From Actinomycetota bacterium (GTDB taxonomy: Bacteria > Actinomycetota > UBA4738 > CALAEC01), in the NCBI GenBank assembly GCA_050693035.1, contig JBOGWB010000067.1, positions 1 to 61,018 on the forward strand: DNA of 61,018 nt. Reading direction: 5' to 3'. The notes below the pieces were generated by a model. That model did not search any database. It was not told where the DNA came from and saw nothing but the letters and a program-made list of their open reading frames with translations. A program made the translations under genes and the position numbers. Positions 26,543-35,884 of the stretch are shown piece after piece. Position 1 is the first letter of the stretch; the number at the start of each line of letters is the position of its first letter.

Positions 26543-26907
26543 GTGACGAGCAAAGAGACCCTGCTGCAGAGCTCTTCGAGCACCGAGACGATGCGGGCGA
26601 ATGGAGCGAGGAGCCCGAGGAAATAGAGGTACGACCTTCACCGAGCGAGGTGGTTTCATTCCGCGTGCCGTCCGGAGAATTCGATCTGCTGGAAGATGCA
26701 GCGAGGAACGCAGGGGAGTCAATTTCGGAATACATTAGGAAGGCGCTTGCTCTGCGACTGCATGGGACGCCCATCGGGCCGACCATTGAGATCACTTCGG
26801 GAGCAGAACGTCTACTTGTTCGTAGTCATATCGTCACCGGCGGCTACAGAGAGGCCCCGAGTTCTATCGTTCAGGACTTCCCGCCGATGCAAGTCGCAAA
26901 TCTCTAG
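26539..26907 (+). CDS. CopG/RHH antitoxin candidate with C-terminal extension
   Basis: Acidic N-terminus; RHH VVSFRVPSGEFDLLEDAARNAGESISEYIRKAL; about 45-aa tail. Confidence 0.75.
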   Translation: MSDEQRDPAAELFEHRDDAGEWSEEPEEIEVRPSPSEVVSFRVPSGEFDLLEDAARNAGESISEYIRKALALRLHGTPIGPTIEITSGAERLLVRSHIVTGGYREAPSSIVQDFPPMQVANL

Positions 26908-27021
26908 CTTTGCGGCAACCGAGCGAGCGTTACCTTCAGCCCGTGCCGCGTCCGATGTAATCGCTGCCCTTTGGCAGCCGGGCCGGCCATTCCGCGTAAC
27001 CTTCCGAAAGGGGAATGTTCC

Positions 27022-28431
27022 TTAGAGGTTGGCTTCCCTCGTCTGTTGGCTAGATGCGCTTTCCAGGTGGCCTACAAGGGTCTCGATGGGTAGGCGATCC
27101 TGAGCCATGGTGTCGCGGTCGCGGACGGTTACGGCGTTGTCTTCAAGGCTCTCGAAGTCGACCGTGACGCAGAACGGGGTCCCCACCTCGTCCTGCCTCC
27201 GGTATCGCCGGCCGATCGATCCGGCGTCGTCGTAGTCGCACATCCACTGCCCCTTCAGCAGGTCGAACACTTCCTTCGCCTTCGGGACCAGTTTCTCGTT
27301 CCTCGATAGCGGCAGGACCGCCACCTTGATCGGGGCCAGGTCCTTGTGCAGCTTCAGCACCGTCCGCTTCTCCGTGTCCCCCTTGGCGGTGGGGGCCTCC
27401 TCCACCGTGTAGGCGTCGATCAGGAACGCCAGGGCGGCCCGGTCCACTCCCGCCGCCGGCTCGACCACGTACGGGTGGAACCGCTCGTCCTTCTCCTGGT
27501 CGAAGTACGTGAGGTCCTCGCCGGAGTGCTTCTGGTGGGCCTTGAGGTCGAAGTCCGTCCGGTTGGCGATCCCCTCCAGCTCGCCCCAGTCGGTGAACGG
27601 GAACCGGTACTCGATATCCACGGTCCGCTTGGAGTAGTGCGACAGCTCATCCGCCGCGTGCTCGCGGATCCGGAGGTTCTCCTCCTTCATCCCGAGGTCC
27701 CGGTACCACCGCATCCGCTCCCCGATCCAGTACTCGTGCCACGCATCGTCGGTGCCAGGCTCGCAGAAGAATTCCATCTCCATCTGCTCGAACTCCCGGG
27801 TCCGGTAGATGAAGTTCCCCGGGGTGATCTCGTTGCGGAACGACTTGCCGATCTGGGCGATCCCGAACGGCAGCTTCTTCCGCATGGCGGCCTGGACCGT
27901 GGCGAAGTCCACGAACATCCCCTGGGCCGTCTCCGGACGGAGGTAGACCTCGTGGGCCTCGTCCTCCACCGGGCCCATGTGCGACTTGAACATGAGGTTG
28001 AAGTTCCGGGGGTCGGTGAACTTGTCGTGGCCGCAGTTCGGGCACTTCGCCGTGCCCGCCGCGAGGTCCACCGTCCGGGCCCCCTCCCCCGCCTCGTGGC
28101 CCGACTGCGGAGCGTGGAACCCCGGCAGGTGATCGGCCCGGAACCGCTGATGGCAGTTGAGGCACTCCACCAGGGGGTCGGTGAACGAATCCAGGTGGCC
28201 GGAGGCCTCCCACACCTTGGGCGACATCATGATGGAGGACTCCAGGCCCACCACGTTGTCCCGGAGCTGGACCATGTCCCGCCACCACGCCGCCCGGACG
28301 CTCCGCTTGAGCTCCACCCCGAGCGGTCCGTAGTCCCAGAACGACCGCAGCCCGCCGTAGATCTCGCTGGACTGGAAGACGATCCCCCGGCGCTTGGCCA
28401 GGGAGGTGATGAGGTCCATCAGGTCGGCCAC
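27022..28431 (-). CDS. glyQS: Glycine--tRNA ligase (homodimeric type)
   Basis: [75 protein letters not shown]. Confidence 0.97.
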   Translation of the reverse strand: MADLMDLITSLAKRRGIVFQSSEIYGGLRSFWDYGPLGVELKRSVRAAWWRDMVQLRDNVVGLESSIMMSPKVWEASGHLDSFTDPLVECLNCHQRFRADHLPGFHAPQSGHEAGEGARTVDLAAGTAKCPNCGHDKFTDPRNFNLMFKSHMGPVEDEAHEVYLRPETAQGMFVDFATVQAAMRKKLPFGIAQIGKSFRNEITPGNFIYRTREFEQMEMEFFCEPGTDDAWHEYWIGERMRWYRDLGMKEENLRIREHAADELSHYSKRTVDIEYRFPFTDWGELEGIANRTDFDLKAHQKHSGEDLTYFDQEKDERFHPYVVEPAAGVDRAALAFLIDAYTVEEAPTAKGDTEKRTVLKLHKDLAPIKVAVLPLSRNEKLVPKAKEVFDLLKGQWMCDYDDAGSIGRRYRRQDEVGTPFCVTVDFESLEDNAVTVRDRDTMAQDRLPIETLVGHLESASSQQTREANL

Positions 28432-28495
28432 GAGGCCCCCTTTCCCGGCCGCTGGCCGCGGCCGCTGGCGTGAGACCTATGGTACCGGAACCAAA

Positions 28496-28924
28496 CTACG
28501 AGGACTCGAGAAGCTGCTTCAGTGCGGTCAAGTTCTCAGCGACCGCCTCAGCGATCCTTCCCGACGCGAGCGGGGCGGCCAGTTTCACCAGACCACGGCC
28601 CTCGAGCTGCGCCGAATTCTTCAGGCGAGTGCCACCCTCGTCAGGCTCCAGGTCGTAGGTCATCATCCCTTCGAGCGGTCCGAATCCTCCGCGGATCGAC
28701 AACCGGCGGGGCGGTTCGAACTCGGTCACCTCAAACGTCTCTTCGCTCCTCGACGGCACGGACCGAACCTGGCGGTAGGTTGTTCCGACGCCGACTGGGC
28801 CGTCTGATACCTGTCGGGTTTCGACGATGGCGTAGTTCCATCTCGGGATGTTCTCGAACTTCGCCAAGAACTCGAAGACCTCATTCACCGGGCGATCGAT
28901 CCTGAGGTTGTTCTCGAATCTCAT
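28496..28924 (-). CDS. SRPBCC (polyketide cyclase/dehydrase-like) protein
   Basis: IDRPVNEVFEFLA..NIPRWN, GPVGVGTTY, EVTEFEPPRR. Confidence 0.88.
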   Translation of the reverse strand: MRFENNLRIDRPVNEVFEFLAKFENIPRWNYAIVETRQVSDGPVGVGTTYRQVRSVPSRSEETFEVTEFEPPRRLSIRGGFGPLEGMMTYDLEPDEGGTRLKNSAQLEGRGLVKLAAPLASGRIAEAVAENLTALKQLLESS

Positions 28925-29009
28925 CGGCTCTGACCCCCGAGCCAGGCTAACAGCACCTTGACCGGATCAGGCAGGGAAAGTAGCTTCCGGTGCCAAGCTC
29001 GGAGGGTCG

Positions 29010-30080
29010 ATGCCGGCGCCGGCAGAATTCGCGCAGATCATCGTGATCGGCCTGGGAGCGGAGGCGTGGCTTCTCCTCTATCTCGCCGCCTTCGGCTCCT
29101 GGCGGTGGCCCGCGGACACCCCCGAAGGGATCCTGCTCCTCCTGCTCACAGCCGCCTCCATCATCCTCGGCGTGCTCTTCGACCGGATCGCCGATAGCGC
29201 CTACACGGCCGTCCGCGAGTCCTCGCCCGTTCTTCGGCTTCTTCGTCCCCTGAGGATCGGCGAAAGCACCCCGAAGGGAATGATCGTCCGCATGCGGCTC
29301 CGGCTCAACGAGTCGGATTCTCCGCGGAGTCGGTTCCTCGAGTACCAGCGAACCCGATTTCGCATCGCTCGAGCCACCACGTTCAATCTGGCCATGATGG
29401 CGCCGGCGGGGGGCCTCTACCTCGGACTGAGGACCGACGTCGGCGCGGGGCCGATTGTGGCCGCCGTGCTCTTGCTCTCTCTCAGCGCGGTCATCAGCTT
29501 CTACACAGCGGAAAGGATCGGTACCGCTTGGGTCAGAGTGCTCAGCGAGGCCTACACGCATTGGGCCCGGGAGAATCCCGAGAAGGCCGCCGATGACATC
29601 GTGCCAAGCCACGGTCCTTCGCTCCGGCCCGTCAACCCGAAGTGCTTTCGCGTCGCCGCGGTCTGCTTCCGGGAGGGGAACCATGGTCCCGAGTACCTCC
29701 TGGTGAGGACGTCGGACGGGAGGTTCTGGACGTTCCCCAAGGGCCACGTCGAACGAGGGGAGCCCCATGAGGAGGCGGCCAGTCGAGAGGCGGAGGAGGA
29801 GGCGGGCGTGGTCGGTGAGATATCGAGATCTCCCTTCACCGTGTACCGCTACCCCACCGCCGGAGGGCCTTGTGAGGAAGTCGTGGTGGATGCCTATCTC
29901 CTGCGGTTCGAGAGGATGGGGGATCCTCGAAAGAGCGAACAACGGGAGCTGCGGTGGGCGGACGAGAGCAAAGCGAAGAGCCTCCTAACGAATGGTCGGA
30001 CCGTGCTCTACGGCCTGGAGCACATCCGTCTCATCGACGCGGCTCGAGAAGCCATCGCTAGGGCTTCACGTTCTGATTGA
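29010..30080 (+). CDS. Four-TM domain fused to a NUDIX hydrolase
   Basis: Four hydrophobic segments in the first ~170 aa; Nudix box WTFPKGHVERGEPHEEAASREAEEEAG; GGAGG SD. Confidence 0.8.
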   Translation: MPAPAEFAQIIVIGLGAEAWLLLYLAAFGSWRWPADTPEGILLLLLTAASIILGVLFDRIADSAYTAVRESSPVLRLLRPLRIGESTPKGMIVRMRLRLNESDSPRSRFLEYQRTRFRIARATTFNLAMMAPAGGLYLGLRTDVGAGPIVAAVLLLSLSAVISFYTAERIGTAWVRVLSEAYTHWARENPEKAADDIVPSHGPSLRPVNPKCFRVAAVCFREGNHGPEYLLVRTSDGRFWTFPKGHVERGEPHEEAASREAEEEAGVVGEISRSPFTVYRYPTAGGPCEEVVVDAYLLRFERMGDPRKSEQRELRWADESKAKSLLTNGRTVLYGLEHIRLIDAAREAIARASRSD

Positions 30081-31458
30081 GGCGGAAGACGTTCTCTGGG
30101 TCGTAGGCTCGCTTGAGGGCGACCAGACGCTCGTATTTGGCATCTCCGTAGATCCCCCGCACCACACCCTCGCCGGTCTCGACGACGTCGTTCACGTACG
30201 CGCCCTCCGCCGTGAACGGTTTTAGGCCGTCCATGGTCGACCGCCCCCACGCGACGTGGGCCGCGTCGTCCTTCGGGTCCGTCCACAGGGTCTCGGCCCC
30301 CACCCAGAACGCCGCGTTCCGGCCGGTGAACGCCATCGCCTCCTCCGGCACCCGGGCGATCGCGCCCCCCTGGGCCCAGAAGCCGACGTTGCATTCCCCG
30401 GGAGCGTCGGCGGCCCGCTCCGTGCACACGTCGACGAGCCCTTCGCTGAGCTCGTTGACGAAGCCACCCTTCATGTAGAACCGCTTGCCCCACGCCATCG
30501 ACTCGTCGTTGGCCGCCTGCAAGGCCAGGTAGGACTTCGGCTTGATCGAATCCGCCAATTCCCCGTTCCCACGGAGCGGCTTCAGATCTCGCTCGGCCTC
30601 CTCGAACGATCCGCTGTGGGTGGCTCCCAGGATGAGCACCGGCTGCCCGACCAGCTCGGGCCACGGATCCTCCGGCCCGACGACGCCGAAGCCGAGCGTC
30701 AGCATGACCTCCTCGGGCGCCGACGCGGCGACCTCGCGGAACCCCCCCACCACCTCCCCCGCCCGCTCGAGCGGGTAGATCACCGAGCCGTTCGTCACTT
30801 CGGGCCCCACCTCGTGGAGGCGGAACTCGAAGGAGGTCACCACGCCGAAGTTCGGCCCCGCTCCCCGCATCCCCCAGAACAGATCGGCGTTCTCCTCCTC
30901 GTTGACGTGCAGCAGGCGCCCGTCCGCCGTGACCAGGTCGACGGAGACCAGATTGTCGACGGTGAACCCGAAGCGTCGCTGGAGCCGGCCCATCCCTCCA
31001 CCTAGCGTGAGCCCCGCCACACCGGTGTGACCGACCACTCCGACGGGGCAGGCCAGCCCGAACGTCTGAGCCTCGTGGTCCAGCTCCGACAGAAGCGCGC
31101 CACCGTTGACTCGAGCCAGCCGGCGATCTGGATCCACGCGCACGCCGCGCATCCGCGACAGGTCGATGACGATCCCGCCGTCGCAGGTCGAGAAGCCACC
31201 CACGCTGTGACCGCCGCTGCGCACCGCGACCACGAGGTCCTGCTCCCGGGCGAAGCGCACCGCCGAGATGACGTCGGCGGGGCCAGTCGGGCGAACGACC
31301 ATAGCCGGATGGCGGTCGATGGCCCCGTTCCACACGACCCGGGCGGCGTCGTACCCGGGGTCGTGTGGAAGAACGACCCCGCCCCCAAAGGTCTCGCGGA
31401 ACGCGGCCAACGCGGGTGCGTCGACCGGTCCTTCCCGGCCGCTCGTGCTCATGCTCAC
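30058..31458 (-). CDS. FAD-binding oxidoreductase (BBE/VAO family)
   Basis: VRSGGHS (covalent-FAD His), HTGVAGLTLGGG, RGAGPNFGVVT, YVND, YDPENVFRLNQN. Confidence 0.93.
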   Translation of the reverse strand: MSMSTSGREGPVDAPALAAFRETFGGGVVLPHDPGYDAARVVWNGAIDRHPAMVVRPTGPADVISAVRFAREQDLVVAVRSGGHSVGGFSTCDGGIVIDLSRMRGVRVDPDRRLARVNGGALLSELDHEAQTFGLACPVGVVGHTGVAGLTLGGGMGRLQRRFGFTVDNLVSVDLVTADGRLLHVNEEENADLFWGMRGAGPNFGVVTSFEFRLHEVGPEVTNGSVIYPLERAGEVVGGFREVAASAPEEVMLTLGFGVVGPEDPWPELVGQPVLILGATHSGSFEEAERDLKPLRGNGELADSIKPKSYLALQAANDESMAWGKRFYMKGGFVNELSEGLVDVCTERAADAPGECNVGFWAQGGAIARVPEEAMAFTGRNAAFWVGAETLWTDPKDDAAHVAWGRSTMDGLKPFTAEGAYVNDVVETGEGVVRGIYGDAKYERLVALKRAYDPENVFRLNQNVKP

Positions 31459-31470
31459 GCTGTCCTCCTC

Positions 31471-31502
31471 ACCCGGACCGCACCCGGACCGCACCCGGAC
31501 CG
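31471..31502. repeat. Tandem 11-bp repeat ACCCGGACCGC, about 2.9 copies
   Basis: Copies at 31471, 31482 and 31493, abutting the SD of the oxidoreductase gene. Confidence 0.85.
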
Positions 31503-31564
31503 ATCGGCATCGTCCGCTTCTCGCCGGCCCGGGGTCAACTCACTGCGCCGCCTAGACTTCCCCC

Positions 31565-32464
31565 ATGCCCCGGCCGCTCCGTGTTGGTCTGCAGCTCCCG
31601 GAGGTGGAGCGCCACGTGCCCTGGCCCGAGTACGTGGCCATGGCCCACGCGGCCGAAGCGGCCGGATTCGACTCCATCTTCGTCGGAGACCACTTCCTGT
31701 ACCGGGGCGACGGCAGGCCCGAGCGGGGCCCGTGGGAGGCCTGGACGCTCCTGTCCGCGCTGGCCGCCGCCACCGAACGGGTGCAGCTCGCACCGCTCGT
31801 GGCGTGCACTGCGTTCCACAGCCCCGTCGTCCTCGCCAAGATGGCCGCGACCGTTGACGCGGTGAGCGGCGGCCGGCTGGTGCTCGGCCTGGGCGCCGGA
31901 TGGAACGAAGTAGAGTTCCGGGCGCTGGGGATCCCGTTCGACCATCGCGCGTCTCGGTTCGAGGAAGCCTTCGGGATCATCCGGCGCCTCGTCGCCGGAG
32001 AGCGCGTCACGTTCGAGGGCCGTTTCTACCGGGTCGAAGAGGCGGTGCTCCTCCCCCGCCCCTCCCGGAGACTCCCCCTGATGATCGGGAGCGAGGGTGA
32101 GCGGATGCTCCGCATCGCCCTGCCCCACGTGGACGCGTGGAACAGCTGGTCCGCGTGGTACGGCAACACGCCGGAGGGTTTCGCCTCCCTGAACGCGAAG
32201 ATCACCGCCCTCGCCGAAGAGATCGGTCGCCATCCCCGCGAGATCGCCCGCACCGCATGCGCCCTCGTGGTGTTGGATCGCGATGCCCCGGATCGGCGGA
32301 ACACGGAGGGCGTCGTCCCCCTCGAAGGCTCCCCGGAGCGGATCGCCCAGGGCCTCCGAGATCTCCGAGAGGCAGGGGCGGACGAGGCGATCCTCGTGTT
32401 GAGTCCCATCACCGAGGCCTCGATCCGGACGGCCGGCGAGGTGCTGGCCGCCCTCGACGCCTGA
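31565..32464 (+). CDS. Luciferase-like (LLM) flavin-dependent oxidoreductase
   Basis: AEAAGFDSIFVGDHF, LAKMAATVDAVSGGRLVLGLGAGW. TAGACT 6 nt before the ATG. Confidence 0.92.
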   Translation: MPRPLRVGLQLPEVERHVPWPEYVAMAHAAEAAGFDSIFVGDHFLYRGDGRPERGPWEAWTLLSALAAATERVQLAPLVACTAFHSPVVLAKMAATVDAVSGGRLVLGLGAGWNEVEFRALGIPFDHRASRFEEAFGIIRRLVAGERVTFEGRFYRVEEAVLLPRPSRRLPLMIGSEGERMLRIALPHVDAWNSWSAWYGNTPEGFASLNAKITALAEEIGRHPREIARTACALVVLDRDAPDRRNTEGVVPLEGSPERIAQGLRDLREAGADEAILVLSPITEASIRTAGEVLAALDA

Positions 32465-32496
32465 CCCGATGACGGCCACGCCCTGAGCAGCTGGGC

Positions 32497-33249
32497 CTAT
32501 CCGGACGCGGGGGGCCTCAGGCCGACGAATGCCTCCGTGCCCTTCCCCTCCTCGCGCTCGATGACTCGGCGTTTGGCCCGGAAGCCGACCTCCTCCACCA
32601 GCCGGATCCATTCATCGCGTCGGAAGAGGCCGCACACGTGTCGGTCGTGCTCCACGCGCATGGAGCCATCCTCCTCGCGCAGCAGGTAGGCAAAGTCCGT
32701 GTAGTACGTCTCGTCGGTGGGGTCGGGGTCCCACGTCCATTCCAGGTAGCGGAGGCCTCGCCCGTCACCGTCGTTCCCGCCGTGCTCTGAGCTCGATTCG
32801 AACGTCTCACGAACCAGATCGGGGGCGAACAGCGCCACACCGCCCGGCCGGCAGTGGAGGAAGGCCGTCTCCATGACGGCCCGGAGGTCCGGCAAGGTGG
32901 TGATGTAGTCGATGGCGTCGTGCACGAACACCGCGTCGAAGTCGCGGTCCAGACGCAGGGTGCGCATGTCGCCCTCGACGTGCTCGCATTCCGGATTGAG
33001 CTTCCGGCTCACCGCCAGCATCTCCGGGGACAGGTCGGTCAGGGTCATGGTGAAGTGAGCCTTGAGGTGGGAGGCGTTGTTGCCGCCTCCGCTGCCGAGC
33101 TCGAGGACCTCCCGGACCGGACGGGCGGAGGTCTCCACGATGAGACGCCGGTAGGCCTCGGCCTCCTCGACGTATTCCTCGGGCGCGGTGAGCAGATGGA
33201 ACCACTTCGCGAGCTCGCGATAGAGCTTGGGCGTCTCGGGAGAGGGCAA
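32497..33249 (-). CDS. Class I SAM-dependent methyltransferase
   Basis: VLELGSGGG, TDLSPEML, GDMRTLRL..FDAV, RPGG. Confidence 0.9.
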   Translation of the reverse strand: MPSPETPKLYRELAKWFHLLTAPEEYVEEAEAYRRLIVETSARPVREVLELGSGGGNNASHLKAHFTMTLTDLSPEMLAVSRKLNPECEHVEGDMRTLRLDRDFDAVFVHDAIDYITTLPDLRAVMETAFLHCRPGGVALFAPDLVRETFESSSEHGGNDGDGRGLRYLEWTWDPDPTDETYYTDFAYLLREEDGSMRVEHDRHVCGLFRRDEWIRLVEEVGFRAKRRVIEREEGKGTEAFVGLRPPASG

Positions 33250-33254
33250 CGCGG

Positions 33255-33725
33255 TCAGGTGCTGATGCTGGGCTTGGGGGGACGAGCCGCCTGGTCCAGC
33301 ATGTCCAGGGCCTCAGGAGGAAGCCCTTGCATCCGGATAGCCTGGCGCATCCGGGCGAGATAGGAATCGGTCGGTCGTACGAACCCTCGCTGGTGGGCCA
33401 CCCGGTAGGTGACGCAATCTGCCCACCGCTCCCCCATCAGGACCCGAACGTCCTCCCGCCGGTAGAAGGTGGGGTGCCCCACGTACGTATCGAGCTCTTC
33501 CAGGTCCGCGGGTGTCACCGCCCACACCACTCCCCACACCCGCCCGTGGGGATCGGGTTCCATGTTCGCCGCCCCGCTCTCCCATCGCTCCGAGTACACC
33601 GTGAACTCCAGGCGATACCCGTCGAGCCGCCCGGCGCCGAGCGCGACCGCCTCGGGGCAGTTCCGCTGCATGAGCCTCGGGTCCATGTTGCTGCCGTAGG
33701 CGAAGTAGCACTCCGACCTATTCAC
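33255..33725 (-). CDS. Gamma-glutamylcyclotransferase (AIG2-like) protein
   Basis: YFAYGSNM, VWGVVWAV, LDTYVG..YRR, PTDSYL. GTGA overlap with the uppS stop. Confidence 0.85.
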   Translation of the reverse strand: MNRSECYFAYGSNMDPRLMQRNCPEAVALGAGRLDGYRLEFTVYSERWESGAANMEPDPHGRVWGVVWAVTPADLEELDTYVGHPTFYRREDVRVLMGERWADCVTYRVAHQRGFVRPTDSYLARMRQAIRMQGLPPEALDMLDQAARPPKPSIST

Positions 33726-34462
33726 GACTCGATCAGCCCCCCGAACCGCCGGTCGCGCTTCTGGTAGTCGCGGATCGCTTCGAACAGGTGCTCCCGGTTG
33801 AAGTCGGGCCACAGGACCGGGGTGAACCACAGCTCCGCGTAGGCGGCTTCCCAGATCAGGTAGTTCGAGATGCGCATCTCGCCGGAGGTCCGGATGACCA
33901 GGTCGGGATCGGGCACGCCGGGGAGGTAGAGCCGGGCGGAGATGCTCTCGGGGCTGATCCGCTCGCCGGCGAGGCGCCCCTCGTCGTGCTCGGCGATGAG
34001 CCGCTTCACGGCGTCCACGATCTCGGTCCGGCCTCCGTAGTTGAACGCCACGATGAGCTGCATCCGGCTGTTGCGTCGGGTGACCCGCTCGGCCTCCTCC
34101 ATCTCCCGGAGCACCGAGCGGGGGATTCGCCAGTCCCGGCGCCCCATGAACCGGACCCGCACCCCGCGGTCGTTCAGCTCGTCGCGGCGTCGGCGGAGGA
34201 GGCCCCGGTTGAAGTTCATCAGGAACCGGATCTCGCTCTTCGGCCGGCGCCAGTTCTCCGTGGAGAACGCGTACACCGTGAGATAGCGGAGGCCGACGTC
34301 GAGGGCGCCTTCCACCGTGTCGAACAGGGCCCGCTCCCCCGCCTCGTGTCCCTTCGTCCTCGGGAGGCCCCGCTGCTTGGCCCACCTGCCGTTGCCGTCC
34401 ATGACGATGGCCACGTGGCTCGGGATGCGCCGGAGGTCGAGGTCGTGGAGGTAGGAGGCCAT
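33722..34462 (-). CDS. uppS: Polyprenyl diphosphate synthase
   Basis: HVAIVMDGNGRWA, YAFSTENWRRP, IRTSGEMRISNYLIW. Confidence 0.96.
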   Translation of the reverse strand: MASYLHDLDLRRIPSHVAIVMDGNGRWAKQRGLPRTKGHEAGERALFDTVEGALDVGLRYLTVYAFSTENWRRPKSEIRFLMNFNRGLLRRRRDELNDRGVRVRFMGRRDWRIPRSVLREMEEAERVTRRNSRMQLIVAFNYGGRTEIVDAVKRLIAEHDEGRLAGERISPESISARLYLPGVPDPDLVIRTSGEMRISNYLIWEAAYAELWFTPVLWPDFNREHLFEAIRDYQKRDRRFGGLIES

Positions 34463-34465
34463 GGC

Positions 34466-35206
34466 CTAGCGAGAGGGTGAGCTGGGCCGAGCCAGGAGCG
34501 GCAGGCTCCGCATCCGCCGCTCCAGATGGTACTCGGCGAAGCCGTACAGGAGGGCCCGGGCCTCGGCCCGCAGCGGCGGCGCCGGTGAGGCGTCTCCCGT
34601 CCCGTCGAGCTCGCCCTGCGTGAGCGAGCTGAGCCACTCGAGGGCGCCGGGATCGGCCTTCACGCTGCCGTGGTCCTCGCAGTCGTCGCACACCGCCCCG
34701 CCCTGCGAATGCGAGAACCGGGCCGGCGTGGCGCCGCACACCGCGCACCCCAACAGGGCCGGAGCGAAGCCCGACAGCCCCAGGAGCCGGAGGAGGAACG
34801 CCTCGGCCACCGCGGCGGGATCGGCGGGACGATGCTCCAGCGCCCGGAGCCCCTGGAGCAGCAGGATGAACAGACGGACGTTGCGCTCGTGCTCCTCCGC
34901 GACCTTGTCGGTGGCTTCGAGCATGGCTTCCCCCGCGGAGAACAGCGCGAAGTCGTCGCGGAGGGCCCGGAACGGGTGGAGGATCTCTGCCTGGGTCACG
35001 GTGTCGAGGCTCCGGCCCCGGTAGAGCATCAGGTCCACGTGGGTGAACGGTTCCAGGCGGGCGCCGAACTTGCTGGTCGTCCGGCGGATGCCTTTGGCCA
35101 CGGCGCGGACCTTCCCCGAAGCCTGGGTGAGGATGGTGACGATCTTATCGGCCTCGGCCAGCTTCACCGACCCGAGGACGATCCCCTGGTCCTTGTAGAG
35201 GGGCAT
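34466..35206 (-). CDS. recO: DNA repair protein RecO
   Basis: EADKIVTILT..GKVRAVAKGIRR, LEPF, Zn motif CAVC..CDDC. Confidence 0.95.
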   Translation of the reverse strand: MPLYKDQGIVLGSVKLAEADKIVTILTQASGKVRAVAKGIRRTTSKFGARLEPFTHVDLMLYRGRSLDTVTQAEILHPFRALRDDFALFSAGEAMLEATDKVAEEHERNVRLFILLLQGLRALEHRPADPAAVAEAFLLRLLGLSGFAPALLGCAVCGATPARFSHSQGGAVCDDCEDHGSVKADPGALEWLSSLTQGELDGTGDASPAPPLRAEARALLYGFAEYHLERRMRSLPLLARPSSPSR

Positions 35207-35249
35207 CGGGAGAATGGTAGCGGAACGGCTGGGGTGGGGCGCGGAGGCG

Positions 35250-35576
35250 CTAGGTCAGGACGATCCACACCAGGACGCCGCCCGCGATGCCCGCCAGCGC
35301 GACCACGACCGCCAGGGCGATCCGGAGAGGCGACGCGGTCGCCATGCGCAGCGCGCCGCTCCCGGTCTGCTTGGCGCGGTCGAGCGCTCGCTCTGCCCAC
35401 GCCCACTCCGACGCCAGGATGGCCAGCCCGAGAAGGATGACCACGATGCCCGGGCCCGGGGTGACCATCATGACCAGCCCAGCGAAGAGGACCACGAACC
35501 CCACCACCGTGACGGCGATGCGCTTCCCGCTTCGGCCGATGTACCGGACGATGGAACGAAGGGGTTGGAGATCCAC
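35250..35576 (-). CDS. PGPGW-domain membrane protein
   Basis: MMVTPGPGIVVILLGLAILASEWAWA. GTG 35576 with TAGTCT 7 nt upstream. Confidence 0.85.
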   Translation of the reverse strand: MDLQPLRSIVRYIGRSGKRIAVTVVGFVVLFAGLVMMVTPGPGIVVILLGLAILASEWAWAERALDRAKQTGSGALRMATASPLRIALAVVVALAGIAGGVLVWIVLT

Positions 35577-35578
35577 GG

Positions 35579-35884
35579 TCAAGAGACTACTTGGCCGTCG
35601 CGTACGATGGCCGCCCCATCCACCATGAGTTCGTCGAGGATCCCCACGACGATGGCTCGGATGGGAGCCACCTCCCACCCCACCACCTGCCGCGCGGAGT
35701 TCCCCTCGTCGATGATCAGCACCGTTTCGCCGGCCCCGGCCCCCACCGTGTCCGCGGCGATGATGTAGCTGCCGTCCGGCTTGCCGGAGGAGTCCAGGAG
35801 GTCGCACACTAGGAGCTTCCGGCCTTCGAACACCGGCGCCTCGATGGTCGCCACGATCGTACCCACCACGCGTCCCACCTTCAC
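35579..35884 (-). CDS. BMC vertex (BMC-P, EutN/CcmL) protein
   Basis: MKVGRVVGTIVAT..ADTVGAGAGETV..GNSAR..IVGILD. Confidence 0.93.
   Translation of the reverse strand: MKVGRVVGTIVATIEAPVFEGRKLLVCDLLDSSGKPDGSYIIAADTVGAGAGETVLIIDEGNSARQVVGWEVAPIRAIVVGILDELMVDGAAIVRDGQVVS

Noticed and set aside
28431-28496. T-box leader for glyQS
   Set aside because: The gap is only about 65 nt and has no T-box consensus.
21712-30080. Pycsar/CBASS-like pairing of the class III cyclase with the TM-NUDIX protein
   Set aside because: They are 6 kb apart, separated by unrelated genes. The cyclase has an ordinary membrane adenylate-cyclase signature.
31471-31502. CRISPR array
   Set aside because: The repeats are 11 bp with no spacers, and there are no cas genes.
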